Shown here: piece by piece, positions 25,245-38,229 of the stretch
Layout of the letters: each line of letters opens with the position of its first letter
How positions within the stretch are numbered: the stretch's first letter is position 1
Source: Octopus vulgaris
Lineage: Eukaryota
NCBI GenBank assembly: GCA_951406725.2
Contig: OX597815.1
Location: 41,540,001-41,604,000 of the forward strand
Direction of reading: 5' to 3'
DNA length: 64,000 nucleotides
The notes under the pieces: generated by a model
The model's database searches: none
The model's input: the letters and a program-made list of their open reading frames with translations, nothing else
What the model was told of the DNA's origin: nothing
Position numbers and translations under genes: made by a program

Positions 25245-25560
25245 TTATCTTTTCTTGTTTTAGTCATTGGACTGCAGCCTTAAAAAGTTTTAGTCAAATA
25301 AATCAGCCCCTGTACTCATTTTTAAGTCTGGTATATATTCTGTTGGTCTCTTTTGCTAAGTTGCAGTGATATAAACAAACCAGTACCAGTTGGCAAGTGG
25401 TCAAGCACACACACCTGTCCGGCAGGCTTCCACACAGTTTCCATCTACCAAATTCGCACACAGGGCATTTAGCTACCCTGGGGCTAAACTAGAAGATACT
25501 TTCCCAAGATGCCATACAGTGGAGCAGAACCCCAAACCATGAGGTTGTGAAGCAAACTTC
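25245..25560 (-). mobile_element. SINE family A, diverged
   Basis: Collinear with 4653-5074. Confidence 0.75.
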
Positions 25561-25757
25561 TCCCCCAAAATATATAGCTGTGCACCTCTGTTAAAAATCT
25601 ATATATGATTTTCATGATGTATACTGATAACTGAAAATGGTATTTTGAGTCACTGCTTTTGTCTTATGCCTACAACCTCTACTGGAGATGACATAGTATC
25701 ATTACTCTCCCCAAAAAACACAACTTAGATTCATAATTCATATACTTTCTTTTTCAG

Positions 25758-25883
25758 CAAATTGCTGGAGCCACACGCTTTCCAACAATAATTAAATATT
25801 TAAAAATTGTTCCTATATTCTCAAATATAACAATGATCAATTCAACATTGCATACATCCAACATTTTAAAACATTTTAGCTTG
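25758..25883 (+). other. Candidate internal exon (126 nt, phase 0-0) of an unidentified transcript
   Basis: Acceptor TACTTTCTTTTTCAG, donor TTG|GTAAGT, one open frame QIAGATRFPTIIKYLKIVPIFSNITMINSTLHTSNILKHFSL; no recognised homology. Confidence 0.3.
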
Positions 25884-26228
25884 GTAAGTGAGAAGCTTAT
25901 TGTCAGAGGTGACAAGTGCATGGTTCTATGATGGGCTTGATAAACACCCTATTTACTTGCAGATTCTCCTCCAGTTTCTGACTTTCACTTGGACTACTTT
26001 TAGAGATTTAGCAGCACCCTAAAGGTCTAGTTTCTCCCCCAACACCAACACCAGTTCTGAGGTCCTGCAAAGGTCATGAGTGTTACCCTTTCTCTTGGTT
26101 ACTAAATCATAAACAATTTAACTTTGCCTGAATTTCTGAGATCTTGAATTACATTGTTATACATGGATTATTTGAACCAGTGTCCTACAGAACTATGGGA
26201 TAGTCAATTAAGTGTTAAGCATAATACT

Positions 26229-26470
26229 GAAGGTGCATGGCCTAGTAGTTAAGGTGTTGGACTCTTGATTGTATGGTTGTGGTTTTGATTCTTAAATTGG
26301 GGAGCACATTGAGTTCTTGAGCAGAAATCATTTCACTTTGCTGTGGTTGATTCAGGTGACAATAGATACAAGCAATAGCTGGAGGTTAGCTCTGTGATCA
26401 ACTGGCATCTCATTCAGGTGTAAGTATTGTATTTGTGGTTGCTTATACACCATGGAAACCATAGGCTTAT
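26229..26470 (+). mobile_element. SINE family E, diverged
   Basis: GAAGGTGCATGGCCTAGTAGTTAAGG head; collinear with the reverse complement of 24143-24385. Confidence 0.65.
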
Positions 26471-26744
26471 TGTAGGCTTTAGAATTCAGTCAAGTAGATT
26501 AGTTAGTGGACTTGTGTTGAATTTCTACATTAGCCAAACAATGCATACTCCGGTTCAGGCAGAATGAGCAAATGGTGTCACAAGTTGGAGAACATCTCTG
26601 GTATAGACAACAGAATGAGAACAATCTATTCTTGTGAATTTATTTCAGAATATAACAAAATATGACTGATATGGGAAGAAGGTTGAAGGATTATACCAGC
26701 CAGAATATGAGTATTATTTTTTTAACCAGGTATATCTTATGCTG

Positions 26745-27105
26745 TTATCAATCAGTATGGCTACAAGAAAGCTCAGTATCCTCTACTTCATTGATAAAAA
26801 TCTTATACAAGTGAATCCTGCAGTATTTGTAGACCTTGAACTATGTTTTGATATCATAGAATACCAAATACTGACATCAATATAACAACACTATACAAGG
26901 CATAATATAAAAGTGGTTACTGTACATATAGGTTACTGTGTTTAGTGCTTGTTAACTTCATATGTCTTGAAACTAGTGCAGCTCATGGTTTCCTCCTGAT
27001 TCAATACTTGGATCACTACTATTCATGATCTACAAAATACGATGTGCATGCATGCAACCATAAATTTAAATTTACATTACTTTTGTGGACAATTCAACCT
27101 TCCTC
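26745..27105 (+). pseudogene. Degenerate non-LTR retrotransposon reverse transcriptase (CR1/L2/Jockey group)
   Basis: RT motifs in order across frameshifts: NQYGYKK; AVFVDLELCFDIIEYQIL (cf. FLDLSKAFDTVDH); DSILGSLLFMIY (cf. QGSILGPLLFLIY); FVDNST (cf. FADDT). Confidence 0.75.
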
Positions 27106-28062
27106 ATCAGCGAAAGTGACGTTAAAACATGTTTTAGAAAACGAAGCAGACTGTTTTAATTCCAATAGACAAGCCTTAAACACTATGCAAACAAATGTTG
27201 CTTACTTAACTTGGGTACTGTGGTACTATTGATAACACTATCTGCACACTTGATATGATTCAAAGCTAGAAAGACGAGTGATGGTGATACAACTTTTCAT
27301 GCTTTCCTGTGTAGACAAATAGATTACAAAGTTGAGTTAACATAACATGTTAAGTTTTATTTCAATTTTATTTTTTCCCCATTGGTAGAGGAGTAGAGCA
27401 CATGATCATTGTTGGCCCTCTCAGAATGGTGAAATTAACTTGGCTGATGATACTCAGCCTCAACATCTCTAGGTCAATGTTCGCAGAAAAACGTGGTCTA
27501 ATCAATCTAAAAATCTTGAAAGCTATCATTTTTACTGTAATGCAAAAACTCCCCACTCTGTGAAAGCATTTGTATCTTTGTATTGAGCAGTTATGTTTAA
27601 ATATTGATATTCTAGTTTCTGGTGACAGGAAACTAAACACACTCTATACTTAATTGCACTAATAAAAAACACCAGTACAATTTAATAGTTTCTCTGAAGA
27701 AACCAGTTTCTCTAGTATTCTGTCTTTAAGGATTTGTTTTAAGTAAATTATGTCTTTTAGAATTTATTTTAAGTAAATTATGTCTCTTATTTATATATCA
27801 CTTGATAGATAATGAATTCCCCAGATATGTTGAAACCCTTTTAAGACTAGTTCAGTTGCAGACCAACTACTAAGTAGAATAGAAAAATGTTCAAAAGTAT
27901 TCCATGTCACTGCAAAAAAAGTCCAAAGACAAAGAAAAACAATCATATAAAGTACATGTAAAAATTATCTATGCAAACATGCTTCTCCAACAAGATAAGT
28001 TATAAGGATGTAATGATGTTAGGTGCTACAGTATTAAATGTTTAAGAGCAATCTCTCTTTTT

Positions 28063-28412
28063 AACTTGTTTCAGTTATCAGACTATAGCCTTGCTAGGGC
28101 ACTGCCTTGAAAGGTTTTAGTCAAATAAACCAACTTCAGTACTTCTCTTTTTTTTTTTAAGTTTGGCACTTATTCTATTAGTTTCTTTTGCTGAACAGCT
28201 TATATGGATGTAAACAAACCAACACCAGTTGTCAAATGGTGAAGAAGATAATACAGACAAATTATACATATGCACACACATACAATGGGATTCTGCACAG
28301 TTTCCATCTACCAAATTCACTCATAAGACATTAGTCAATCCAGAGTTATAATAGAAGACACTTTGTAACCATATGGTAACAAAGCGAACATCTTAACCAC
28401 AGCTACTCCTGT
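28063..28412 (-). mobile_element. SINE family A, diverged
   Basis: Collinear with 4653-5074. Confidence 0.75.
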
Positions 28413-28844
28413 ACATGAACTAGGTTGAACTCCTGAGCTACAATATTTCTGTACTGTAAGTTCAAATCCTGTCATTGTCAATTTTGCCTTTCATCTTTCC
28501 AGAGTCAATAAAAGGGTATCAGTCTAGCACAGTGAATTGGCGAAAATGTTAGAACATTTGGCTGAATACTTTGTGATATTTGTTCTGGTTGTTTCTCTTC
28601 TGAGTTCAAATCCTGCCATGGCCTGTTTATGGTGGACTTAATTAATCACCAGGGTTAACATCACTACCAGGTACCTTGGGTGCCTATACTACTTCAAGCT
28701 TTTGGGTTAGGTTTCCAGGTTGAGGATACCTTCCTCTTTCTTTCTCACTCCCAATAGTCTTGGAGACCCTGTAATCGGTAATTGGTAATGTCTTACCGCC
28801 TGACTAAAAGGTACAAAGAAAATTATTTACAACTAAGCATCATC

Positions 28845-29328
28845 ACCATTGTCATGTAATGTCCAGTTTTCCATGTTTGCATAGGTCGGATGGAATTTTA
28901 TTTTCTGACAGCTTGATGCCATCCCAGTCACTAACCATAATCTGTTTCCAACAAGCAAGGTAATATTTCCCTATGGTCAGACATGTTCTTGCAGAATATT
29001 GGAAATGAATGACATAATATTTGTATGACAATAAAAAATATTTATAACAATTATGTGGTCAAGACAAGGACCTACACACACAATAGGTTTCTTTCAGTTC
29101 CTGTCTTCAAGAAACTTTGGTGTACTTCTTTCTGAGCCAAACTACCACTATATATCCAGAACTGCTAACCCCACTAACAAGAAATTGCAGATGGCATCTG
29201 GCCAAGGTTTTTGGTCAGCTCTGGACTATAGTAGAAAGCACATACCCAAGGTGCTTTGCTGTAGGACTGAACCCAGAACCATGTGGTTGGGAACTGAACT
29301 TCTTACCACACAGCCACATCTGCACCTA
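28845..29328 (-). mobile_element. SINE with family A head and RTE-like tail, interrupted by a 92-bp insert at 29115-29206
   Basis: Head GGACTGAACCCAGAACCATGTGGTTGG...CCACACAGCC at 29260-29325; family A sequence resumes on both sides of the insert. Confidence 0.75.
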
Positions 29329-30597
29329 TATGTGACCAAAATCCTAAGTGGAAACTGTTGGATACATGAATCTCTCCTACCTTACTCTATCTTATTGTTT
29401 CCTAATTACTTTCTTGTCTTTATTTTAGAAATTATTATTTATATTTTTGTAGCAGGCATATTTAGCAATCAGATCACTATATCTGATGTCGTGATTCATT
29501 GGGGTTACTACTTGTTACAAAGAAGAACACTGAAATCTGTTAGTGATTTTTGAAAACAAAATATTTATTCTGTTTGTAAACAAAAAAGAAAATGTCATTA
29601 CTATGAATGACAAGATATTGAGAGAGTTCGAAGATTATTGTTCATGGATTGATGTGCTAGGAGCAGCAGTCAAAATGTTGGCTGGTCATTATGCGTTGTT
29701 GTCACTGTTCGTCCATTGTGGTTAGCTGCTCTTCTGATGTCTCTAGTTCACCATCTGTTCATTGTTTTGTTTACTTCCAGCACTTGGGTCAGATGCTATC
29801 TGCCATTTCTTGTCAGTGGGGTTAGCAGTTATGGATGTATAGTGGTGGTTTGGCTCAGAAAGAAGCACACCAAAGACGAAATTGTTGTTGGAGCCAGTTC
29901 CATATGAAGTCTTGATTGGTCATATATTTTTAATGTCATAGACAAATTGCAACATCAGATGTAGTGATTTGATTGTCAAATATTCCTGTTAAATGATGTT
30001 CTGATGAGTTAGCTTTCTTTATTTATATTAATTTGCAAGTTTACAATCATATTGTATAATGCTAAGCAAGTATTTTCTTAATGTAAACATGTACTTATAA
30101 TTTCTTGCACATTGAAATTAATGCTACACACAAAAGGTTACAAAATGGCTGTAACCTTCTGGACATCACAGCCCTAAATGAAACAAGACTCGCATTGAAA
30201 AACAGAAATAATTAAAAGAGGGAAAGAGATATCTACATTTTGATAAAAGTCTAATTGTATCTCATCTAACTCTATCCATACCAATGAGGAACCTGTGCAC
30301 AGTCATTCACTTTGCTAGAAATAGCAGCCAAATTGCCCTCAAGTCACACCCTACTTAAAAAAAAATAGTAAGAAATCAACAAAATCATGCATTGAACAAT
30401 GTATTCTGGGGTACACAGTACCTGAAAAAATAAAGGCATTTGACCTGCTAAAAATAGCTGTCAAACTTCATTCACTACCCTGTGACAGAAAATTAAACTG
30501 GCTGTATGCTATGGCTGGGATGTTTTTTTATCCATAGACCTGCTAGATCATGGCTGAGCAACTTCGTTCTACCTATTTTTATCTTTTTTTTTTTTTT

Positions 30598-30968
30598 TAT
30601 TTGCTTCAGTCATTGGACTATGGCCATGTTGGGACACCACCTTGTACAGTTTAGTCAAACAAATCAATCCTGGTACTTATTTCTTTAGGTCAGGTACTTA
30701 TTCTATTAGTCTCTTTTGCCAAACTGCTAAGTTACAAATATGTAAACAAACCAACACTAGTTATCAAATGTTGTGTATGGGTGAATAAACAAACGCATAC
30801 ATGCACATGTGCATGACAGGCTTCCATGCAGTTTCCATCAACCAAATTCACTCACAGGCTTTGGTTAGCCTAGGCCTACCATTGAAGACACTTTCCCCAA
30901 GGTGCTGCACAGTAAGGACAGAACCTGAAACTATGTGAAAGTGAGCTTCTTAGCTACACAGCCAGGCC
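30598..30968 (-). mobile_element. SINE family A, diverged
   Basis: Collinear with 4653-5074. Confidence 0.8.
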
Positions 30969-31280
30969 CTATAATATAAATTTGTTTATTAAGTTCTCTT
31001 CCTAAATTACCAGGTTGATTAGTGTGAGACTCATATAAATTCTGCTTTCCAGTGAACTGTCTTTTGTAACAGTTGATAGTTGCTGACACATCAATTGCTA
31101 ATACAACTTGCTTTACAATGATTTGCTAAGCAAAGGGCCAATGACTGTTGCTTTTCCCTATCTTCACATCTTTAATCTTGTCTTGTAATGTTTGTTCCTA
31201 ATTAGCGTACAAACTTTGTCTGATGTCTACAGCTGGTCCCTTTGGTTGCCCAGATAGGGATGGTGGGAAACTATCCCCTT

Positions 31281-31324
<44 letters not shown>

Positions 31325-32044
31325 CATGTGTGTACATACATACATACGTACACCCACATGCATACAGATGTGTAGATACAACATACAAGACACACAAGCT
31401 TGCCCCCATACACACTATCAAAAAGGCATAAAGTAAGTTGTCCAGATTTATCAATTCTTGTTTACCTAACAAGTTACCTGCCAACGAGTTGAATGTTGTA
31501 TTTAATGAGTCTTTAATGTGTATTTAATTACATAGATGAACTTATCCAGTAAAATATTTTTTGCTGCTTAGATAAATATTATGTGTACTTTAAAGTTTTT
31601 CTTAGATTAACTTTTCTTTCTGTATTCGGCAATGCTTTTTTTGTGAGGCAGGGAGGTGCTAGTTCTTCAGCAAAAAGTATTAATTATACTTAATTGATTG
31701 AAATAATTTAATAAGCTCAGTTAAACTCCTGTTGTGTAAACACAGAGAAATTCTCCCAAAATAACCTGTAATTTAAAAGTTTATATGTCAGTTGTAAGTT
31801 AGATATTAGAGGCTGGAAAATAAAGAATTATAGAAATTTGATTGTTCTATTATGTATGAAGTCTTAGGCATTCAAAATTGTATGTGTGGGCCAGAAATAC
31901 TTTTCAATTCTTAATGAATCAACAAATTTATAAATCATATAGAAGGAACGGGTGGATTTGGCTGTAACAATATTAACTCTTGATAGCTGTACATAGTGAT
32001 ACACTTATGTGTATTCATATAAAGTCTCTTGTATGTGTGTTCTA

Positions 32045-32255
32045 AGCTGGCAGAATCATTGGCACATCAGACATAATGTTTTGCAACATATATTCTGACT
32101 CTTTACAGAGTTCAAATACCACTGAGGTTGATTTTTATCTTTCATCTTTTCAGGGCCAATTAAATACCACTCAAATACTGAGGCCAATTGAAATTGACCT
32201 ACCACATTCCTTCAAAATCTCTGATTTTGTGTCAAAATTTGAAACCATTATTATG
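32045..32255 (+). mobile_element. SINE family B, diverged
   Basis: AGCTGGCAGAATCATTGG...GAGTTCAAAT...TTTCATCTTTTCAGG...AAAATTTGAAACCATTATT. Confidence 0.7.
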
Positions 32256-32702
32256 ATAATTATATTGGAAAAATTCAATTTAAGTTAGTTTGTGGAGGAT
32301 TTCTTTTAACACATCTTCAGATCTATGCTTATAAACTATTCGAATGGACTAAGTCATTTCTTGTCATCATCTCAAAGTTATCATTTTTACCTGTAAGTTT
32401 ATTTACTGCACCATTTTATACCACTAAAACATGAAATTATCAACTAGTTACTATATACTACAATAGTATCCAGAAACAAAATGCAGAACATAACTTTTTT
32501 AAAACCTCAATCTATCTCAGCATATTTATTTCATTAACTTCTTCCATCTTCTAAATAGTTTCCCTAATGAAGGATTGATGTTTTGAATCCATTATCACAC
32601 CTTCAGTGAAGTTAATCCAAATCATATTATGCATGGCTGAGTTGTAACCAGTTGTGAATATTTCTTCTTAAAGTTCAGCCAGTCCTTTTAAATTACATAG
32701 CT

Positions 32703-33034
32703 ACTCTGTGTGCAAAACAGCAATTCAAACACTGACTAGTATTCTACATTATGTCAGTGACTCTAAGGTAGGTTTTTTTATTATAATAATAGTTTTGTTA
32801 GTTAAACAGCTCTGTCAAGCCTAGCTGTTTATGTGATCAGTTGTGAATTTCTTTTTTTTTTTTTCAAAGTTTGGCTCGTCTTTTTAATTTAAATATAAAG
32901 CCACTATACACACCAAACAGCAATCCAAACACTGACCAGCATTCTACTTCGTGTCAATGACTAAGATAACTTTTTATTACAATGATAGAATTTTTGTTCG
33001 CTAAACAACTCTGACAAGCTTGGCTGTGTACGTG
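32703..33034 (+). repeat. Diverged direct duplication (two copies of about 130 bp, 200-bp period)
   Basis: AAACAGCAATTCAAACACTGACTAGTATTCTAC... (32714) vs AAACAGCAATCCAAACACTGACCAGCATTCTAC... (32915). Confidence 0.85.
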
Positions 33035-35034
33035 TTACTAAGAATATGTTTTGCTCTCAGTAACATGAGCAATGCTAAAATTCATAAAACTTCTCTACAT
33101 ATTATTATTCTACTTGGATTAAAATAACATATGATTCTGCCACTATTTATAACTTAGAAGCAATTAATCTCATTCTCAAAGTAATCAGTTTTGTAATCAC
33201 TTTTGCTGATGCAGACCTTCTTGTACAATTTGCAAATTGCAAATATTTATGAACATATATTTTTACATCCTAAAAAAACTACTGTTTTTTTTTTTTATAT
33301 AGTCATTAAAGACTTTATCCTGATTATTATAAAGTGCATTCTTTTCCAATGTATTTTTTTTCATATTTATACAGAAAAAATGTACAATCTTATTTTGTTA
33401 ACATCTTTGCTGAATTTGAAAATCACTACCATTCTCTGTTTCTATCTTACACAATATAATTACCTCTTACAATTATAGCTTTATGTCTTGCATCAACCGT
33501 GTTGTCTTTCATACAATTTTTAACGCCTCTCTCACAGTGAAATTATACAGAATATGAATTCAATGTAACATTTTCATTCACAAAATCCATAAAGTAATTC
33601 TCTCGCCGGTTTTTGTGGTTTTATCGAAGTTAACTGTAACCAAAGCTCCATTGTTATTCAGTAATCTCAGGTCAGCCTTGACCAAGTAGACCCTTAATTA
33701 AGGATGTTCCAGCTATGAATTTCTTATTCTTCATGTAGAACTATATTATCCAATATATCCTATTTTACCTTTTAAATGATAAGGTATGATTTGAGAGAGA
33801 GATTTGGCTGCTATTTCTAGCAAATTAAGTAACTGTATAGACATCTTCAATACTTTGTATTTTCATTGAATGAAGGTTGTTTATTATTTTTGTATTCGAT
33901 TGTTTTATAAAGCAATAACTATTTCGATGACAGTCACCTCCTTTCATATGAAGGTTGCTCAGACTTGGAATCAGTAATAGATTAACTATATAATTACGTT
34001 TTCAGTTACTATATTAATTTATAAAAGATTACCTTACGAGATCATTTAATTTGTTTTTTGTTTGTTTGTTTTTTATTTATAGCATTTAAGAAAACCAAAA
34101 GCAGATCTGTGATCAAAGATGTTATCACCATTATCAACCCTTCAAGCAGTGGCTTACATTATCTAACATCCTTTCTTTTTGAAGATAATACTGTAATTTA
34201 ATAGAGATTTGGCTGCTATTTCTAGCTAGTCAGACAATCACATTGAGGCTCTTGTTGGTTCATTTATTGCATGCACATTTTAGTACTGAGGAATTTCTAG
34301 TGCTTGGGCAATGTTGAGTGAATGGCTACCAAGAATACACGAGAACAGTAAATAAATATTGCTTCCAATGCTGTCACTAAGTTCAAAGAAATGCTTCACT
34401 CATCAAGTGCAGAAATTGCAACACTCTATGAACTACAACTCTTAATTTGTTGTGACTGAAAAAAAGAGTTTGGAGAACTTCTGCTTCTGTTGATAAGATA
34501 AATATTTTCTTTTTATACTCAAGGCTAACTGCTATGGTACGTGCTAAAAGTTCTGTGCTAGGCAGTACTGAAATACAGAAAGTAAGGGACAGATCTGCAG
34601 TGACTGTAAAACAATGTTATGTGTATAGTTGTCAAGTACATAGGAGGAGAGGCAAACTAAACTTTAGGTAGTTTAATATGTAAGAGATTAGAATTATCTG
34701 ATGCTATCAGCTGGTGGGTGGACTGATTACATGATAGTAGATGACAGCCACAAAGGTATGCCAAAGATATTAAGTATCATATGAGTGGAACATGCCTAGA
34801 ATTTGATGTAAAAAAATGTTATTTATAAAATAGAGTAAATTTGACAACCTATTAAACCCATCTTGTTTGACAAAAGAAAGAACAGGCTGGCAATTTAATT
34901 ATGAGATGACAATCTTATTATAAACATAATTTTTTCTTTTTTTCTCTCTTTTTTTAGGGAATATGTTCATACATTCTAACTCATATTTATTTTTGTCTTG
35001 AATAATTTTTTTTTGTCAATAATTATTCTGGCTA

Positions 35035-35504
35035 ACTAGAAGTTCTTTTGCCAGTTCTTGAGTGGTTTTAAGTGGATCTTTCTCAGTATCGGTCTTTAAT
35101 TAACCATCATCAATGACAGATGGGTGTCCACTGTGCTCATGATCTTCAAGGCTCAGGTCTCCACTGCAAAATCGTTTAAACCATTTTTGAGCTGACCATT
35201 CACTGGTCATTTCCTCACCAAACATTTCCTTGATATCATGAGCAGTTTCAGCTGCTTTACATCCTTTTTTGAAGTTGAATAGCAAAATTGCTCAAATATC
35301 GTTCTTTGACAGTTCCATTTCAGATTATTATAACAACAGTGAAAAAAATTCAATGTTAATTTATTGATGCATTTGGGCAAGTCTGCGTCTGTATTAGCAG
35401 ACACTTGCAAAACAAAAATGCTTTTAAAAATTTTCAACTCTGCAAAAATCCAGTACAAATTCTTCATGGTTCAAAACATTATTTACTTTTTACTCAACCT
35501 GATA
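35035..35504 (-). mobile_element. mariner element 5' fragment (TIR plus disrupted transposase HTH region)
   Basis: Terminus TATCAGGTTGAGTAAAAAGTAAAT. ATG at 35318: MELSKNDI*AILLFNFKKGCKAAETAHDIKEMFGEEMTSEWSAQKWFKRFCSGDLSLEDHEHSGHPSVIDDG*LK...KDPLKTTQELAKEL, typical of Hsmar1/Mos1-like N-termini. Confidence 0.9.
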
Positions 35505-35934
35505 TATTCATGCTAGCATATCTAAAGTTCATTAAAACTCTGCATTATTAAAGTTGGATCACCTTTCCTTCTTTTAACATTACTTAGAGGGGAAGAGGTA
35601 GTTGCCATTATTTTAATAGGATTGCCAATACTATTTTATGAAAACTGTTATTTAGCTTCTTTGTTAATCTTCACCTTTACTTAGAACACTCCAAATCAGG
35701 CCCAAATTCTCCCTCTGTCTCTTTCTCCTTCTCTCTCTTTCTCACACACTCTCACTCACTCACTCACTCACCCTCACTCACTTGCTCAATCACTCACACA
35801 CGCACGCACAGTGGTTCTCAGGCTAAGAAATTCTATTCCACTCCAAAAGAATATTATTAAAATATGATTATTTCTTCACCATGGTGTTGGATAATTTTTA
35901 AGTTTAAAACCATCTTAATTTTACTAGATATTGC

Positions 35935-36335
35935 AGGCATGGCGATGTGGTTAAGAAGTTTGCTTCCCAATTACATAGTTTCAGATTCAGTCCCATTGTG
36001 TGGCACCTTAGGCAAGAGTCTTCTACTATAGCTCCAGACTGAGCAAAATCTTGTGAATGGATTTGGTAGACAGAAACTGATAAAAAGCCTACTCTGTGTG
36101 TGAATGTTTATCTCTCCTTGTTTTTACATCATGCAATAGTTATAGATGCACTGTCATTGTCATATAATTAGTGTCATTTATTTCCAGTGTTGTGCAAGAA
36201 CATGTCTGGCCATGAAAAAAAATTACCTTGCTTGGAAACAGGTGAGGGTTGGCAACAGGAAAGGCACCTAGCCATAGAAAATCTTCCTCAAGAAAAACTG
36301 TCTAAACTATGGAAGCATGGAATAGTGGGTGGTGA
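35935..36335 (+). mobile_element. SINE with family A head and RTE-like tail
   Basis: AGGCATGGCGATGTGGTTAAGAAG head; 3' GGGTTGGCAACAGGAAAGGCACCTAGCCATAGAAAATC. Confidence 0.75.
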
Positions 36336-36594
36336 AATGAAGACTAATTTGTCTTCCCCCTTATTTCATCTTATTTCATAAATGGAAGCAATTTCTAAGA
36401 AATCACATTATCAAAGGACATTTTGTGAGGTGAAATTTGATGGACAATATGAAGCATCAGAATGTCCAATAATGGCTCCATAAAATCTTTTAGATTAATT
36501 ATTATATTATATTTTATTTTTAATTTTTATCTTTTCTATTTTCCATATCTTTTAACCCTTTCTTATGCAGTTGGCACCTCACTCTAAGTTAATG

Positions 36595-36785
36595 ATTTCA
36601 AATTTTTGGCACAAGGCCAGCAATTTTATGGATGGGAATGAGTTGATTATATTGACCTCAGTGCACAACTGGTACTTATTTTATCAACTGCAAAAGGATG
36701 AAAGGCAAAATCAACCTCAGCAGAATTTGAACACAGAACATAAAGAAAGACAAAATTCTGCTAAGCATTTTGCTTGGCATGCCTC
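36595..36785 (-). mobile_element. SINE family B, diverged
   Basis: CTGGTACTTATTTTATCAACTGCAAAAGGATGAAAGGCAAAATCAACCTCAGCAGAATTTGAAC. Confidence 0.75.
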
Positions 36786-37019
36786 ATTTTAAATTATTAA
36801 CCTGCTCCAGTTTTCTAATTTAGATTATGCATAGAGAATGAATGGAGAAGTTTCAGTTACTGATTGGTTGTCACTAATTTATCTGTTTTGAAATATTTTC
36901 AAAAATTATGTAGAAGGAGCATTGATACTTCATAGATTATAATACAGCCTGAGTGTGAGAGAATGATACTTGATAGCTTTTCTTCCTGTATTGTATTAGT
37001 TATTAATCTTTCAATATCA

Positions 37020-37150
37020 TGTTGAGCGTTTCCTCATCTTCATTGGTGCTTTCCGAAATCCGCCGAAACTTCACCTGATTATATATACACTTTAGATGAG
37101 TTGTAGTGCACCTGAGCACTGTACACAATTATTATTATTATTATTATTAT
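37020..37150 (+). mobile_element. Probable retroposon 3' end with stem-loop and (TTA)n tail
   Basis: Stem-loop TGTAGTGCACCTGAGCACTGTACA immediately before (ATT)n; single copy in this window. Confidence 0.35.
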
Positions 37151-37164
37151 AACTGGTTTCTTAT

Positions 37165-37380
37165 AGCAGCAGTTCCATTTCTGACTTAAAGTTTGCAAAG
37201 TTTCTCTGCTGTTCAGTGGCATGCAAATTTTGGTGTAGATGAAAATGTTTGAAATGTGACTCCAGATGAGGGTGCTTAATTACATATACCAATAATAGCA
37301 GTTTTTGTATCCCATGAAGTATGGGGAAAAACATGCCTGAAGCCTCCAACTAGCAGGGTGATCTTGCCTACAAAACGGTC
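37165..37380 (-). pseudogene. Helitron RepHel PIF1-type helicase fragment
   Basis: Minus strand RFVGKITLLVGGFRHVFP...TKTAIIGIC/IKHPHLESHFKHFHLHQNLHA..QQRNFANF with one frameshift; cf. PIF1 FGGK..LLGGDFRQ.LP and L..NMR motifs. Confidence 0.75.
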
Positions 37381-37470
37381 TCATTATACTTGTAATATAC
37401 TTGTATAAATTTTGTTGTTGCTATTTTGATGCATAAATTTACATATCTTTCAGAACATTCTTTCACTACA

Positions 37471-37695
37471 TTAACCCTTTTGTTAACCATATTTCTGTTG
37501 AAACACTCTGCATTTGTTTGAGTTAATTTTGATAATAATAAAGAATTTAGTATAATAACCTTGTTTTTATTATGCTGATGTTTGGAACATGAATTGCCAT
37601 GAAATTTTGATGGAAGGTTTTAATTTATATCACTTCAAAATACAGAGTTTGCATCAAATAACAAGTTGTTTCAAGCAGGTTGACATCAAAAAATT
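37471..37695. mobile_element. piggyBac-like MITE (inverted relative to 14267-14479)
   Basis: TTAACCCTTTTG start; shared core TTTGGAACAT...ATGAAATTTTGATGGAA...ATCACT. Confidence 0.65.
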
Positions 37696-38229
37696 TCTTA
37701 CCACACAGCCACATCTGTAAAGAAATCCTAACTATTTTACTAGCTGGTATTTTCTTATATAAGACAATGATAAAACTTTTATCTGTCAAAATCTTGGTGT
37801 TTATTTATGGAGAAGTCAGAGCAAAATTCCAATAACAGGGCTCAAAAGGAGCATTCTACATGCTAAATACACACATGTTCAGTCAAAATGTGTAACATTG
37901 TGAAATGAGGTTGTAAAATAGATTAACTGAGGTTAATTTTGCAATTAGAATGCAAAAATAAACTTCCTTCAAGGGTGTTTTAAATCTAAAAACTATGGGG
38001 AAAGGAGATACATCTAATAGCATTAAACAACCTAAATTCTTTGGAATTAAAGACAATGCAGTTAGGAGAGAGTTTTATCTGTAAAATCAGCTGCTGAAAA
38101 TCTGTACCTGTTTTGATCTTATTAGATCTCATCAATAATTAGAAGTGTGTGTGTGTGTTTAAGAGAGAGAGAGAGATAATGTGGGTGTGTACAATGACAC
38201 TGATTATGAATATCAGTAACAGGACTAAA

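Noticed and set aside
29053-29553. 166-aa ORF
   Set aside because: It is a composite of SINE sequence, the templated insert and AT-rich flank, with no domain signature.
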